DNA from: an uncultured virus (IMG/VR IMGVR_UViG_3300025951_000004) | Lineage: Duplodnaviria; Heunggongvirae; Uroviricota; Caudoviricetes | Reading direction: 5' to 3' (one strand) | Length of the DNA stretch: 64,000 nucleotides | Virus record (IMG/VR): IMGVR_UViG_3300025951_000004 | Shown: piece by piece, positions 47,134 through 57,410 of the stretch | Layout of the letters: each line of letters starts with the position of its first letter | Numbering within the stretch: the stretch's first letter is position 1 | Notes under the pieces: model-generated | What the model was told of the DNA's origin: nothing | Seen by the model: only the letters and a program-made list of their open reading frames with translations | The model's database searches: none | Program-made: the position numbers and the translations under genes

Positions 47134-48434
47134 GCGACTGGATCGAGGTAGCGGATCGTGGTGCCCGGCAGCAGCCGCAGCATCTCAGGTCCCATGGCGT
47201 TGATGTCAATTACGCTGTCCACGGCACGCTGCAGCACGTCGTCGTTGACCGCGCCGAGATCGTCGTACAGCACGGGTATCAGCGAGAACACGTCCGTCGT
47301 CACCAGCACGGTGTGCGTGAGCAGACGTGGGAGCGCCGCCGCCGTATCCGCGAGGAATTGCCGCGTCGCCTGACGCATCACTCGGGCGTGCTGGTACACG
47401 TCGCGATCGAGATTGTCGAGAGCGAACAGCGCTTCAAAGGCTGGCTCGAGCGCGCCGGCGACAGCCAGCACGCTGTTGACGCTGGCAAACTGTGTCGAAG
47501 TAATTGCCAGGCAAACAGACACGGCCACCGACGAGAGCACCAGCGAACTCGCGGCCGCAACCTCGTCGACTTCCTCGAGATCCTCCTCGCTTGGGGTCGG
47601 GACCTGATCGAACTGCAGCGTCCCAGCGTCGTCGTTGAAGCTGACTCCGTCCGAGAGAGCACCAATGTATGTGTCGGCCGCCTTGTCGGATGTCGGGTCT
47701 TGGACCGCTGCCGAGCCTGTGTCCGTGTTCCCCTGGGAGGCGAGCGAGGGCACGAGCGAGAGCAGCTGCAATGCGGCGCCCATGAACTGCATTGCGAATG
47801 TCTGCGGCGCATTCAAGATCTGCTCAAGTTGGCTCGTCAGGGTCTGGATCGTTCCCGCGACATTGTTGACCGCTCCGAACGCTGACGAGATCTTGCCCAG
47901 CGTCCCGCTCATCCAGTCGAGCCCGGCCTGCAGGGTCTCGAGCTGTCCGTCGTAGGGTCCGTTCAGGGTCTGGCGGCGGGAGAAATCGGCCGCCACCGCC
48001 TTGCTCAGGAATGAGATTGCCGACTCGACGGCCGAGGTCGAAGACTCCGACAGGACCAATTGAGGTTCTGCGTCGATGAGCGTGAGCGACCCTTCACTCG
48101 CTAGTTGGCGAGTCTCGTCGTACAGCGTCAGCGTGTACTCGCCATCAAGCCAGAGCCCGGTGACTTCGCCGAGCACAGGCACTCGGACGGTGAATGGCCC
48201 ACCGGCAAGCAACATCGCTCGCAGGTTCAACGAAGCGGTCTCGTAGTCGGCTACGATCCACTCGCCATCTTGGATCAGCATCCAGTCGACGCGGATCCGC
48301 TGCGGCGCCTGGCCGAGCGGGACCGCGGTCGCGCCGTCGACGTTAGGCGCTTCCTTGATGACCGTGCGCTCGGACCCCGTGATCGCCGTGGTCTTGATGA
48401 AGACCGGGATGTCGTTGATCGATCCTCGCTCCAC
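47130..48434 (-). CDS. Mu gp43/N-like DNA-circularization N-terminal-domain tail protein
   Basis: GSINDIPVF...E.P..DG....LG; C-terminal LPRL...LY motif. Confidence 0.7.
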   Translation of the reverse strand: MERGSINDIPVFIKTTAITGSERTVIKEAPNVDGATAVPLGQAPQRIRVDWMLIQDGEWIVADYETASLNLRAMLLAGGPFTVRVPVLGEVTGLWLDGEYTLTLYDETRQLASEGSLTLIDAEPQLVLSESSTSAVESAISFLSKAVAADFSRRQTLNGPYDGQLETLQAGLDWMSGTLGKISSAFGAVNNVAGTIQTLTSQLEQILNAPQTFAMQFMGAALQLLSLVPSLASQGNTDTGSAAVQDPTSDKAADTYIGALSDGVSFNDDAGTLQFDQVPTPSEEDLEEVDEVAAASSLVLSSVAVSVCLAITSTQFASVNSVLAVAGALEPAFEALFALDNLDRDVYQHARVMRQATRQFLADTAAALPRLLTHTVLVTTDVFSLIPVLYDDLGAVNDDVLQRAVDSVIDINAMGPEMLRLLPGTTIRYLDPVA

Positions 48435-49090
48435 TAGATACCCTTCGCTTTCGTGGCGAGGATCGCCGCTTTGACCAGGTTCCAGCCGATGGTCATGGTC
48501 GCCTTCAAGTTCGCGCCGCCGTCGTTGGCGATAGCTACTCCAGCATCGAGCATGGAATCGATGCCGTCGATCACCTGCTGGCCGAGCGCGAGTGCAGCCG
48601 CCCCTGGCCCTCCGACGTTCACGCTCGACCCCGCGCCGACGGTGATGTTGATGTTCGCGCCAGGGGCGGCCTCGATTGTGATCGCACCGGTCGTCGCCGC
48701 GATCGTCACCGTGCCGCCGTCCTTGCCAGTGATTGTGAGATCGCCGTCGTCGTCGAGGTAGACCACGTGGCCACCCGCGGTCCACAGCGCCTTGTCGCCG
48801 GGGTCTGTCGCCGGGCGGCCGGATGTGCTGGATAGGATCGCGGTGAGGCTGTCGCTGTCGCCACCCGGTGCGAACACCAGAGCGTCGCTGCTCGCGGCCT
48901 GCCCGGCCAGACCGTAGGGCTCGAACACGTCGGCATCGTCTCCATCGACAGTGCACGTCGGCACCGCCCCCGCGCCGCCGCTCACGTCGGACGCCTCGCC
49001 GAGATCGATCATCGTCTCGGCGCTGGCCTTGTCACTGGCCTTTCGCTTGTCGATCAGCCTCACAAGAGAGTCGAGCCTACGGTCCGCCAT
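48434..49090 (-). CDS. baseplate spike (Mu gp45/gpV-like)
   Basis: FEPYGL...ALVFAPGGD...PGD.ALW...GH...L; beta-helix repeats. Confidence 0.8.
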   Translation of the reverse strand: MADRRLDSLVRLIDKRKASDKASAETMIDLGEASDVSGGAGAVPTCTVDGDDADVFEPYGLAGQAASSDALVFAPGGDSDSLTAILSSTSGRPATDPGDKALWTAGGHVVYLDDDGDLTITGKDGGTVTIAATTGAITIEAAPGANINITVGAGSSVNVGGPGAAALALGQQVIDGIDSMLDAGVAIANDGGANLKATMTIGWNLVKAAILATKAKGI

Positions 49091-50331
49091 CAGGTTCCCT
49101 CCGGTGGCTTGAATAGCAGCTCCAGCTTCTCCGCGTTGAAGTCGACTGTATCCGACGCGTTGGCTATCTGCGTGACCACGGCGCTGTGCTGGCGCAGCCA
49201 CTCGGGGTTGGCCCGATACCGACCGCGGCCACCTCGGCCACCGCTCCCACCATCGTCGACGGTGAAGTCGTCGAGGACCGCGTAGGCGTCGGGCGGGACG
49301 AACTCGAGCATGGCCTTGTCCGCGCCGCCGAGCTCGCGGGAGAGCGTCACGGACGTCAGGAGCATTGTGTCGGCGAACCCGCGCACGCTGTCCTCGAGCT
49401 GGTACAGCGTGTTCGGCCACCACAGCTCTTGGCTGTTGTCTGGAGACCAGCCGTCGATCTCGATCGAGACGCGGATGGCTTCGGCCCTGCGCTTGCGGAT
49501 CTCGTACTCGGCCTGTCGGAGCAACTCGCCCTCGGTCCGCGCCCCTGCTTCCGCGTCGATGATCAGCGGCGAATACTTGGCCGACGAGTCGAAGGCCGGC
49601 GCGCCTAGATGCGTGAGCCCCCCCCCGCTCTTCCGCTTCTTGCTCTTGCGGGAGACGATGATCTCCGACTGGATCGCTCGGCCGTCGAGCTCGTAGTCCC
49701 ATGATTGGATCCGCGGGTGCGGTCGCGTGATGGCGATCGGCGAACTGCGGGCGGCGTTGCGCGTGATCCTGATCGACGCCTTCGCCTTGCGGTCGGGTGT
49801 GATCGACGCTGCACCGCTGACCAGGATGCAGCCCTGCCTCTTGGCGACGCGCTGGACGAAGTCCCACGCAGCCTCGTTCTTCTTGACCTTGACCTTGTCG
49901 ATCGGCACGTCGGCGATCGCGTTGCCGGTCTCGCCGACATCGACGACCAGGTCGAACGGTTTGACCACGCGCTCGATGATCTGCCTGATCGACAGGTTGC
50001 GGAACACCCGGCTGGTCACGCTCTCGCCATCGCCGATCTTGATGGACGACTTGGTCAAGCGTTGGGCCGCCGAGAACCCCGTGATCGACAAGGTGCTTGA
50101 ATTCGCATCGCCGTGGTCGTGGTAGTTCAGAACTTCGCCCGCGAGCACAATGCGGCCCGCGATCGCCACGGCTATGGGGTCGCCGATCTTGAGATCGGCC
50201 AGCGCAATGTTGTCGGCGATCTCGACCTGCACCTGGTCCGCCAGCTCGGTCACCGCGAGGCGCAGTGAGAACGACTGCACGCGCTGCAGGTTCTTACCCC
50301 CGACCTGCACCACAAGAGTCGGCAGGGTCAC
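49090..50331 (-). CDS. baseplate hub (Mu gp44/gpP-like)
   Basis: EAAWDFVQRVAK..G; DGW...LWWPN; position in the module. Confidence 0.8.
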   Translation of the reverse strand: MTLPTLVVQVGGKNLQRVQSFSLRLAVTELADQVQVEIADNIALADLKIGDPIAVAIAGRIVLAGEVLNYHDHGDANSSTLSITGFSAAQRLTKSSIKIGDGESVTSRVFRNLSIRQIIERVVKPFDLVVDVGETGNAIADVPIDKVKVKKNEAAWDFVQRVAKRQGCILVSGAASITPDRKAKASIRITRNAARSSPIAITRPHPRIQSWDYELDGRAIQSEIIVSRKSKKRKSGGGLTHLGAPAFDSSAKYSPLIIDAEAGARTEGELLRQAEYEIRKRRAEAIRVSIEIDGWSPDNSQELWWPNTLYQLEDSVRGFADTMLLTSVTLSRELGGADKAMLEFVPPDAYAVLDDFTVDDGGSGGRGGRGRYRANPEWLRQHSAVVTQIANASDTVDFNAEKLELLFKPPEGT

Positions 50332-52832
50332 GACGACAAGCCCGCTTCCATGCTCGGACCCGTCGTTCGTGCTGTGTTGGTCGCTACCATTTGCGTGGCG
50401 GCCACGAGTTCTTGCAGCGAGGCCAGCATGCTGGTTTCGCCGTAGGACCCGGCTGGCTCGGGCGCCGTGAATGCCGCGTCGCCGAGGTTGAGCTGAGCGC
50501 CGTACTGTTGATCGAATCGAGCGAGGTCAAGCTCGGCCTGCGTTTTCTGCCTATCGAGCTCATCTGTGACACCGGTCGCTGCGTTCAGAGCTCCTGCACC
50601 ACCACCGATGGCCTTCTGAAAAATGTTCGCGTCGCTGCCTACTCCTCCGAATCGCGATTCGTACGCAGCCGTGCTCGCCGAGTTGGCTACCGTGATCAGG
50701 CGATTACGGCGTTCCGTGAGCAATTCCGTATCAGTCTTCTGGACCGGGCCAAGGGTTGAGCCCTCGAGTGCAGCGATCTCTGCATCGATACTTGCCTTCG
50801 CTTTCTTTCCTCGAGCGCCCTTCTTCTGCTCTTGTAGCGCGGCGATCTTCGATGCCTTGTCGGCGTCGAACTTGGCCTTCTCGGCCATGGTCGCATCACG
50901 CGAAAATGATGTATTGCCCTGCTCCTCCTCGACAGATTTGATCTTGTCTTCGTACTTTGTAAGCGATGCTTGCGCTTGGTCGAGCACGATGTTGAAGGCC
51001 ACGATGCCGGCGCTGGCGGCAGCAAATGCGATAGGTAGTGCGCCGACAAAAGACTTGAGCCCGCCTCCAAGCTTCGATGTCTTGGTCATCGCTCCGCCCT
51101 GCTCGGTGACGGACTTGGTCAGCGTGTTGGTCGATGTCGTGAGCTTCGCGTTGCCCAGCTGTGTGAGAGCGGAAATGGTCTGCCACATCGAGTAAGCGCT
51201 GACCAAGCCAGCTACTCCTTTCGATGCAACTACCGTCCCGACTGCGAGCTTGGCAATCGTGGAAGCGGTGTTTGGGTTCTCAGCGGCCCATTCCCGCATA
51301 CTCGTGATGATCGGAACGACGGCATTGGAAAGGTCGAGCAGCACCGGAACAAGTTGCTCGCCACCTTGGATTTTGAGCAGCTCCCACTGAGCCTCGAGCT
51401 TCTTGCTCTTTTGCGAAGCCGTGTCGGCCATCTTCGCGTAGGCCTTGTCTGCTGCGCCCTCCTTGTTCTCCATGTCAGAGAGAACCGACCGATATTCGTC
51501 CATTCCGCTGATTAGATTGCTGATCGCCGCTCGAGCCTCCGACGAGTCGAAAAGCTTCGCGAGGGTGTTCTCGTCGAAATTCTCGGCCGCGCGCAGCTTG
51601 AGCAGAAACTCTTCCATACCGCCGGCTGCTTCGACTCCGGCGACCGAGAAGTCGATACCGAGTCGCTTCGCTTCCTTGCTTGCACCCTTAGTCGGCTTCT
51701 GTAGATTGCTGAACGCAGCCTTGAGTGAGGTCGCAGCCTCCTTCGCGTTTGGCAGGCGCGTCGACAACACGGCAAGTGCCGCATTAGTTTCGTCGAGCGA
51801 CAGGCCCGCTGCCGCTGCCGAGCTCGCCACGTTGGGCAGCGCTCGCGCCATCTCCTCAACGGTTGTCTGGCCACGCTGCACCGCCGTGAACAGAGAGTCG
51901 GCGGCCTGGCCAGCGTCAACACCCTGGTCCTTGAAATTGGCAACCGACTTCGAGATCGCCAACACGGCCTCCTCCTGAGTCGCCACGCCGCCGATCGCCA
52001 GCTTGTTCGCGGCATTCAGCTGCGCTTGCGCGTCTGCGGCATTCGTTGCGCCAGCGGAGACGATCGAATAGAAACCCTTTACCTGGTCGGTTGGAAGACC
52101 GCCGAATTCCTCAGCGGCCGCCTTCGTGATCTGCTGGATCTGGTCGATCGGAATGTTGTTTGTCAGCGTGCTGACCTCTACAACAGCCTTCTCGTAATCC
52201 TTGAATGCGTCGAATGAACCGCGGATTCCTTGCTCGACCCGCGATCCGAATTGCTCAAACTCGCCGCCGGCGACAGCAAGGTTCTCCGCGAACTCGAGCT
52301 TCCCGAACGGGCCCATCTTCTGGCGGGCGGGCTTCGTGGGGTCGTCACCCAGCGAGGACTTGGCTGCGCTGCGAGCTGCTCGTCGTCGGCGGGCCGTGAT
52401 CTCGCGCTGCGTCTCGATCTCTTGCAGCTGCGCGGCGCTGAGCGTGTCGAGGTTCTTGGCCGACCGCTGCGACGCGCGGACGCGTTGCTGCCCAGCTCGC
52501 GCGAGCATGGCCACCTGTCGCTCGGCGTCGCGGGACTCCTGCCTATTGCTCCGCTCGCGCGACCGCTGAGCCGACCGCATGGCCTTGTCGAAGCTGGTAG
52601 CGGTGTCTCGCCCGCCCCCGCCACCACCGGCGGCTCGCGTTGCGCCACCGCCTCGACCGCGGCCGGCTGCACCCAGCGCACCGAGGGACCCGCTGCCGAG
52701 CCCGCCCATCGCCGCCTTGGCGCGGCCCAGCGACTCGGCGAACCCGTCGGCCAGCTTGGTCGATGTCGTCAGCCACTTGTGGACACCCTTGTCCTTCGCC
52801 TTGGCTTGGAGGATGACGTTGATCGTGGCCAT
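50328..52832 (-). CDS. tail tape measure protein (TP901 family)
   Basis: YSIVSAG, D.LF.AVQRGQTT.EE.A, EAATSLKA...L.KP. Confidence 0.9.
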   Translation of the reverse strand: MATINVILQAKAKDKGVHKWLTTSTKLADGFAESLGRAKAAMGGLGSGSLGALGAAGRGRGGGATRAAGGGGGGRDTATSFDKAMRSAQRSRERSNRQESRDAERQVAMLARAGQQRVRASQRSAKNLDTLSAAQLQEIETQREITARRRRAARSAAKSSLGDDPTKPARQKMGPFGKLEFAENLAVAGGEFEQFGSRVEQGIRGSFDAFKDYEKAVVEVSTLTNNIPIDQIQQITKAAAEEFGGLPTDQVKGFYSIVSAGATNAADAQAQLNAANKLAIGGVATQEEAVLAISKSVANFKDQGVDAGQAADSLFTAVQRGQTTVEEMARALPNVASSAAAAGLSLDETNAALAVLSTRLPNAKEAATSLKAAFSNLQKPTKGASKEAKRLGIDFSVAGVEAAGGMEEFLLKLRAAENFDENTLAKLFDSSEARAAISNLISGMDEYRSVLSDMENKEGAADKAYAKMADTASQKSKKLEAQWELLKIQGGEQLVPVLLDLSNAVVPIITSMREWAAENPNTASTIAKLAVGTVVASKGVAGLVSAYSMWQTISALTQLGNAKLTTSTNTLTKSVTEQGGAMTKTSKLGGGLKSFVGALPIAFAAASAGIVAFNIVLDQAQASLTKYEDKIKSVEEEQGNTSFSRDATMAEKAKFDADKASKIAALQEQKKGARGKKAKASIDAEIAALEGSTLGPVQKTDTELLTERRNRLITVANSASTAAYESRFGGVGSDANIFQKAIGGGAGALNAATGVTDELDRQKTQAELDLARFDQQYGAQLNLGDAAFTAPEPAGSYGETSMLASLQELVAATQMVATNTARTTGPSMEAGLSS

Positions 52833-53824
52833 CTATCGTCGTCGTCCGAGTAGTGCCGCGAGAACGGCTGCCTGTGCGTGCGCGTTGGCGTGGGCCGTGC
52901 GTGAGCGTTGCTGCTCGGCCGCGAGTGCGTGAGCGGTGATCTCGTCGAGCGTCAGGTCTTCGATGTCTTCGGGGCGCCAGCCGTAGACGTGGAAAAGAGT
53001 CGAGCACCGATGGCGGAACTCTGCTGCTGAGTTGCTTTTTTTTTGACGAGCGCCTCGAAGGCATCCCAGGCGCACACGGCATCCTCGGGACGAAGCGCGA
53101 GCATCTGCCCGAGCGCTCGGTCGCAGGCCTTGGCGAGCGCCAGCAGGCGCCCCTTCCATTGGGTCTCGCGCGCGGCCGTGCCCGTGTGCATGCGGATATG
53201 ACCCGCGCGGATGGGGCCGATCGTCAGGACCCCCACCCCAGGCGTGCGACAGCGGACGCGCGCGATGTCCCCGTCTACCTCGGTGAGCAAGGCCTGAGCG
53301 ACCTCGATCCACGCGATCTCGGGCACACCGCTGAGTGCCTGCTTGCCGCCGCCGTCGAAGTAGATCTCTCGGCACAGGTCGGCCGCGTCGCGACCTCCGG
53401 CCTGCATGCACAACGCTATCCCGCCTTCGACATCGCCAGGGTCCATACGCCATTCGATCGTGTCGAGGTCAATCCCCGTGGTCTTGGCAAACACGGCGTG
53501 CATGAATAGGTCGGACCCGAATTGACGCACGCAGAGATCCCCGGCCGTGAATCCGCGGATCGTGATCTTGGTCGGCCGCTCGTCTTCGGACTCCTGGATC
53601 TCTCCGCCGTCGGGGGCCATGCGAGACGCGATCGGGACCAGGTCGACTTCGTACGGCTCGAGCGTGTCGGCTGCTGGCGTCGCCACCGTGCTGACCGCGT
53701 TGGCGATCGCAAACCATCCTCGGCCGCCGTCCTCGAGCTGCTCAAGCTGCTGCAGCAAGTCGCCGTCCTCGTCGACCGGGCACACCGATCGGAACGCGGC
53801 GTAGAGCTGTGCGGCATCGGCCAC
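52833..53824 (-). CDS. tail assembly chaperone (G at 52952-53824; GT via -1 frameshift to 52833)
   Basis: A9G slippery run at about 53035-53044; the -1 frame encodes YGWRPEDIEDLTLDEI. Confidence 0.75.
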
Positions 53825-53828
53825 GCGC

Positions 53829-54203
53829 TCAGCTGCCCTTCTTGGTCTGGATGACCTGCTTGCCGTTGTACGTGATCGCCACGTCGCCCGACCCACCCGA
53901 GAACGACGGAGGGTCCGTGTTGAACGCAGAACGCATCAGCCACTCGTCGCCGGTGTCGGTCTGGACGCGAATGTCGACGTTGACGGCGGTGAACACCTCG
54001 ACGATGTCCGTCCCCGCCTCGACCGCGCAGGTGATCGAGATCTCGGCGGCGGTGCCCTGCCGCGTCGAGCCCACGACTTCCTGCCCCGCAAGCACTGGCG
54101 TGTTGGTGAAGCCGCCGAAGTTGATCGAACCGGTCCCGTCCTTGACCAGCACCTTGCGAGTGCCGATCACCAATGCTCGAATATCGCTGATGAGCCTGGC
54201 CAT
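53829..54203 (-). CDS. tail tube protein
   Basis: 124 aa, directly after the sheath gene. Confidence 0.7.
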   Translation of the reverse strand: MARLISDIRALVIGTRKVLVKDGTGSINFGGFTNTPVLAGQEVVGSTRQGTAAEISITCAVEAGTDIVEVFTAVNVDIRVQTDTGDEWLMRSAFNTDPPSFSGGSGDVAITYNGKQVIQTKKGS

Positions 54204-54206
54204 GGA

Positions 54207-55637
54207 TTACCCCTGCACGCTGAAGGCGGTCACGATGTCGATCGTGCCGGTGTTGACGTAGTTGGTGCCCGGGATGGGCGGGCTGGTATTGATGGTCAAC
54301 TCGTTCGCGCCCGAGCGCACGACCTCGAGATTGGCCTCGTAGTATTCGGCGTTGTCCGTCCACGCGCGCGCCTGGAAGACCTCGCGGTTGAGCGAAATCA
54401 TCACCTGCCGGACGCCTTCGGGATCGATGACCTGATCGGCGGTGTCGATGTCGTATTGCACCGCACCGATGTCGTTGACCAGCGTCTTGCCGATGTAGGG
54501 CTGGAGCGCGGTGAGCTGGAGCTGGCGGATCTCGGCAGCGGTCAGCTTGGTCTCGGCGTCCTGGAAGATCTCCGAGGGCTGGCCGAGACCGTTGGTCTTG
54601 TACAGCGTCACCATCCGCTGCACGCGAGGCCGACTACCCACGTAGTGGAAGGTAGCGATCCCACTCGACAGCAGCGTCTGCTGGTCGGATGGCTGGAGGT
54701 ACTCGGTCTCGTCGGGCGCGATCAGGCCGGGGATGTCGAGATCGTAGAGCGTCAGCTTCGGGTTCTCGATGGTCGCCCGCAGACCCGCGACTCGAGCTGC
54801 CCACGTCCACGGGTTCGCCGGGACGTAGGGGTCGCCGAAGATCGTGATGTGCTTGGTGTCCTCGCCGAGACCGAGCGTCGCCAGGTTGCCAACGGAGTCG
54901 CGCCGACCGATGAACGCGTGACCGTCGATCTGTCGCGACTCGGTCCACCGATCGTCGAGCTCGGCGATCGCGGCCGTGAGGTTGAGGGCAGCCGTGTCGG
55001 GCAGCACCCAATACTTGTAGCGGGTACCACCGAGCACAGCGATCGCTGCGGCGAGGTCTGGATCGCCAGCTCCGCTCGCCATCGCGACAGGCGTGGCCGT
55101 GACCCCTGGCGTGTTCTGCAACACGCGGAACCGGACCTGGTTGCCGTGCGCTCCGATGCTGCGAGCGGTCAACGTCTGCACGGCTACGAGCACGGTGCTC
55201 GTCACGTGCAAGTCGAGATAGACGTTGACCGCGGCGTCGGCCGAAGCCGCGATCGTGGCCGCGGTGTCGCCGATGGCGACCGGCACGACAACCGACTGGT
55301 CCTCGACCTGCAGGATGATCGGCGTCGCCGTGGTCGCAGCGCCGGCGTAGGTGAGCGTGCCCGTCGCGGCAACGCCGGCCGGGGCCGCCATCAGCACGAG
55401 CGTCACGTCGGCGCTGCGGTTGGCTTGGAAGACGCCGGCAACTTCTTGGTGTGCCTGCGACCCGCGACCCGCGTAGTCCGCCGCTCCGTCTGCCGAGAAC
55501 ACTCGTGTCGGGGTGTTGACCGCCAGCGACCCCGCCGTCGTCTTGATCCCGAACACGAGGATCTTGTTCGCCGTGAACAGCGAACCCGTCCTCAAGTCGC
55601 TGATTGTGTAGCGTCCGCCTGGTACCAAGATGCTCAT
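54207..55637 (-). CDS. contractile tail sheath protein (Mu gpL-like)
   Basis: AGRGSQ, AATGT, G..GN, SGAGDPD, LL..GI.T, R.VT.YKTN..G. Confidence 0.92.
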   Translation of the reverse strand: MSILVPGGRYTISDLRTGSLFTANKILVFGIKTTAGSLAVNTPTRVFSADGAADYAGRGSQAHQEVAGVFQANRSADVTLVLMAAPAGVAATGTLTYAGAATTATPIILQVEDQSVVVPVAIGDTAATIAASADAAVNVYLDLHVTSTVLVAVQTLTARSIGAHGNQVRFRVLQNTPGVTATPVAMASGAGDPDLAAAIAVLGGTRYKYWVLPDTAALNLTAAIAELDDRWTESRQIDGHAFIGRRDSVGNLATLGLGEDTKHITIFGDPYVPANPWTWAARVAGLRATIENPKLTLYDLDIPGLIAPDETEYLQPSDQQTLLSSGIATFHYVGSRPRVQRMVTLYKTNGLGQPSEIFQDAETKLTAAEIRQLQLTALQPYIGKTLVNDIGAVQYDIDTADQVIDPEGVRQVMISLNREVFQARAWTDNAEYYEANLEVVRSGANELTINTSPPIPGTNYVNTGTIDIVTAFSVQG

Positions 55638-55906
55638 TGCTCGTCGCCTTTCTTGCTGCTGCGATCAGCCTTGGGTGGGCCCACGGGCTTGCCCGGCTCG
55701 ACCAACACGACCGACCCCTCGTTGAGCCGACGCTGCCAGTACGACCCGTCCGCGCCCTCGAGCGAGACCTCGGCACCTTCGGCCGGCAGGACACGCCGTC
55801 GACCGCCGACCGCCGTAGGGTACGGAACCATCGCCGGCTGTAGGCCGCGGCCTACGTCGACCATCGCGGGCTTGATCTGAATTCGCTTGGGTGTCTTGGC
55901 CATCAT
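55634..55906 (-). CDS. DUF2635 (Mu gp38-like) protein
   Basis: LPAEGAEV...YWQRRLNEGSV. Confidence 0.8.
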   Translation of the reverse strand: MMAKTPKRIQIKPAMVDVGRGLQPAMVPYPTAVGGRRRVLPAEGAEVSLEGADGSYWQRRLNEGSVVLVEPGKPVGPPKADRSSKKGDEQ

Positions 55907-56508
55907 GTCACCTGGAACAGAACTTCGTCGCCGTTGGGGTCGCCCGGGTATTCGTCGGTGCCGTTGATCAGGAGCAGCATACCATCGCCAGGTCGCTCTC
56001 GGCCCGCGGCACCGAGCGAGATCTCTTGCTGCCACTGGATGCCCCAGATCGTGTAGGCGGTTTTCTCGTCCTTGTCGAGGTACCTCGACCTGAACCGAAC
56101 GGAACCGGCGACCGGCGGCTTGCTGAAGATCTTGTCCGGGTCCGCGTCGCGAGACACGTCGGCGTAGATGAAGCGCATCGCTTCGCCGATGAAGTCGAGT
56201 GCGTCGTTCGTTCGGTCGTTCAACACGCCTCGGACAATCACGTACCAGACGAAGGTCGGCGTGCACTGGATCGACATGCCATGGCCGGTGCGGATGGCAT
56301 CGCCGTCGACGACCGTCACGATGCTGCGCGGCGCCATGCCGGCCTGCTTCATGATGAATTCTTGGGTCACGGGGCCGCTGTGGCCGATCGTCGAGTGCTT
56401 CGCGTGGCCGCCCATCCACGCCTGCACCTGCTCGACCACGATGTCTCGGGCCTTGCGCAGGTTGCTCTGCGGGAGCTGGACTGGAAGCGGTGGCTCGGTG
56501 ACCGCCAT
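55903..56508 (-). CDS. tail terminator (Mu gp37-like)
   Basis: Position; IWGIQWQQ. Confidence 0.6.
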   Translation of the reverse strand: MAVTEPPLPVQLPQSNLRKARDIVVEQVQAWMGGHAKHSTIGHSGPVTQEFIMKQAGMAPRSIVTVVDGDAIRTGHGMSIQCTPTFVWYVIVRGVLNDRTNDALDFIGEAMRFIYADVSRDADPDKIFSKPPVAGSVRFRSRYLDKDEKTAYTIWGIQWQQEISLGAAGRERPGDGMLLLINGTDEYPGDPNGDEVLFQVT

Positions 56509-56933
56509 CAGCTCCAGCCCCTCTCGAAGTCGGCTCCGAAAATTCCGTCGAGCGATCGCCCCAGCTCGCGGCTGATCCCGACGTACTCGCGCGCGGGCAG
56601 CCGGCCGTCTCGGGACCCAGTCTGGTGCACGACCGCGTAGGGCAGCGGCGAGCCGAAGCCGAGCACGTCGCCGTTGCGGTTGTACTCGAGCGAGTCAGCC
56701 AGCGCGCCGGTCGAGAACAGCAGCTTGTGCTGTGGCCCGCGCGTCTTCGCGTAGGCCGGCGACCAGTCATCCCACGGCTTTCCGCTCGGGCTCACCGTGT
56801 CGTCTTCGAGCCGCAGTCGCGTGTCTTCCTCGAGCGCCTCGCCGAACAGGTCGAGCACCCGGCCAGGCCACCAGTAGTCCCAGCGCGCCTCGAGCTGCTC
56901 GAACTCGATCAGCCCTTCGAGCTGGATGTCCAT
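56508..56933 (-). CDS. virion morphogenesis protein (Mu gpG-like)
   Basis: SPSGKPW...TGALADS...YAVVHQ.G...LPAREYVG. Confidence 0.85.
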   Translation of the reverse strand: MDIQLEGLIEFEQLEARWDYWWPGRVLDLFGEALEEDTRLRLEDDTVSPSGKPWDDWSPAYAKTRGPQHKLLFSTGALADSLEYNRNGDVLGFGSPLPYAVVHQTGSRDGRLPAREYVGISRELGRSLDGIFGADFERGWS

Positions 56934-57406
56934 CAGCAGCAGCTCCCGCCGCCGAACGGTTTGCCGATCTGGAAGACCTTGACGATGGGGCCGCGGTACG
57001 CCGGCCGCGGGGTGACGATCCCGAGGTCGAGTTCCTTCTTGGCGATCCGATCGAAGTACGCGAGCACCTGGGCGTGGCCCTCCTTGAGCCGCTCGGTCAG
57101 CACGCCATCGTCGGCGACAGCTTCGTAGGCGGCGAGCTTGGCCGCCGCCTTGCGCAGGTGTCGGGGGATCTCGGTGGGCAGCGCGAGGTAGGCTTGCAGG
57201 ATCCGCGTGTCGAGCTCCGAGCTCGCGTCCGCGATCGCTTCATCGATCCGCAGGAGGATCGTCTCGGGGACATCGAACGTCAGCCCGACGACCGTGAAGG
57301 ACGTCAGCGCCGTCGACCACAACTGCGAGTCGAAGTGCATACGGACGTTGTCCTCGGTACCACCGTACCAACGGACAACATCCTCGCGCTCGCAGTAGAG
57401 AGTCAT
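56933..57406 (-). CDS. head-tail adaptor DUF1320 (Mu gp36-like)
   Basis: YC..ED, AIADASSELD, Y.LP, IAK.EL.LG. Confidence 0.75.
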   Translation of the reverse strand: MTLYCEREDVVRWYGGTEDNVRMHFDSQLWSTALTSFTVVGLTFDVPETILLRIDEAIADASSELDTRILQAYLALPTEIPRHLRKAAAKLAAYEAVADDGVLTERLKEGHAQVLAYFDRIAKKELDLGIVTPRPAYRGPIVKVFQIGKPFGGGSCC

Positions 57407-57410
57407 CGGC

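Noticed and set aside
44613..56933. Tailocin or extracellular contractile injection system
   Set aside because: Capsid, protease and head-tail genes are contiguous with the tail genes, indicating a phage
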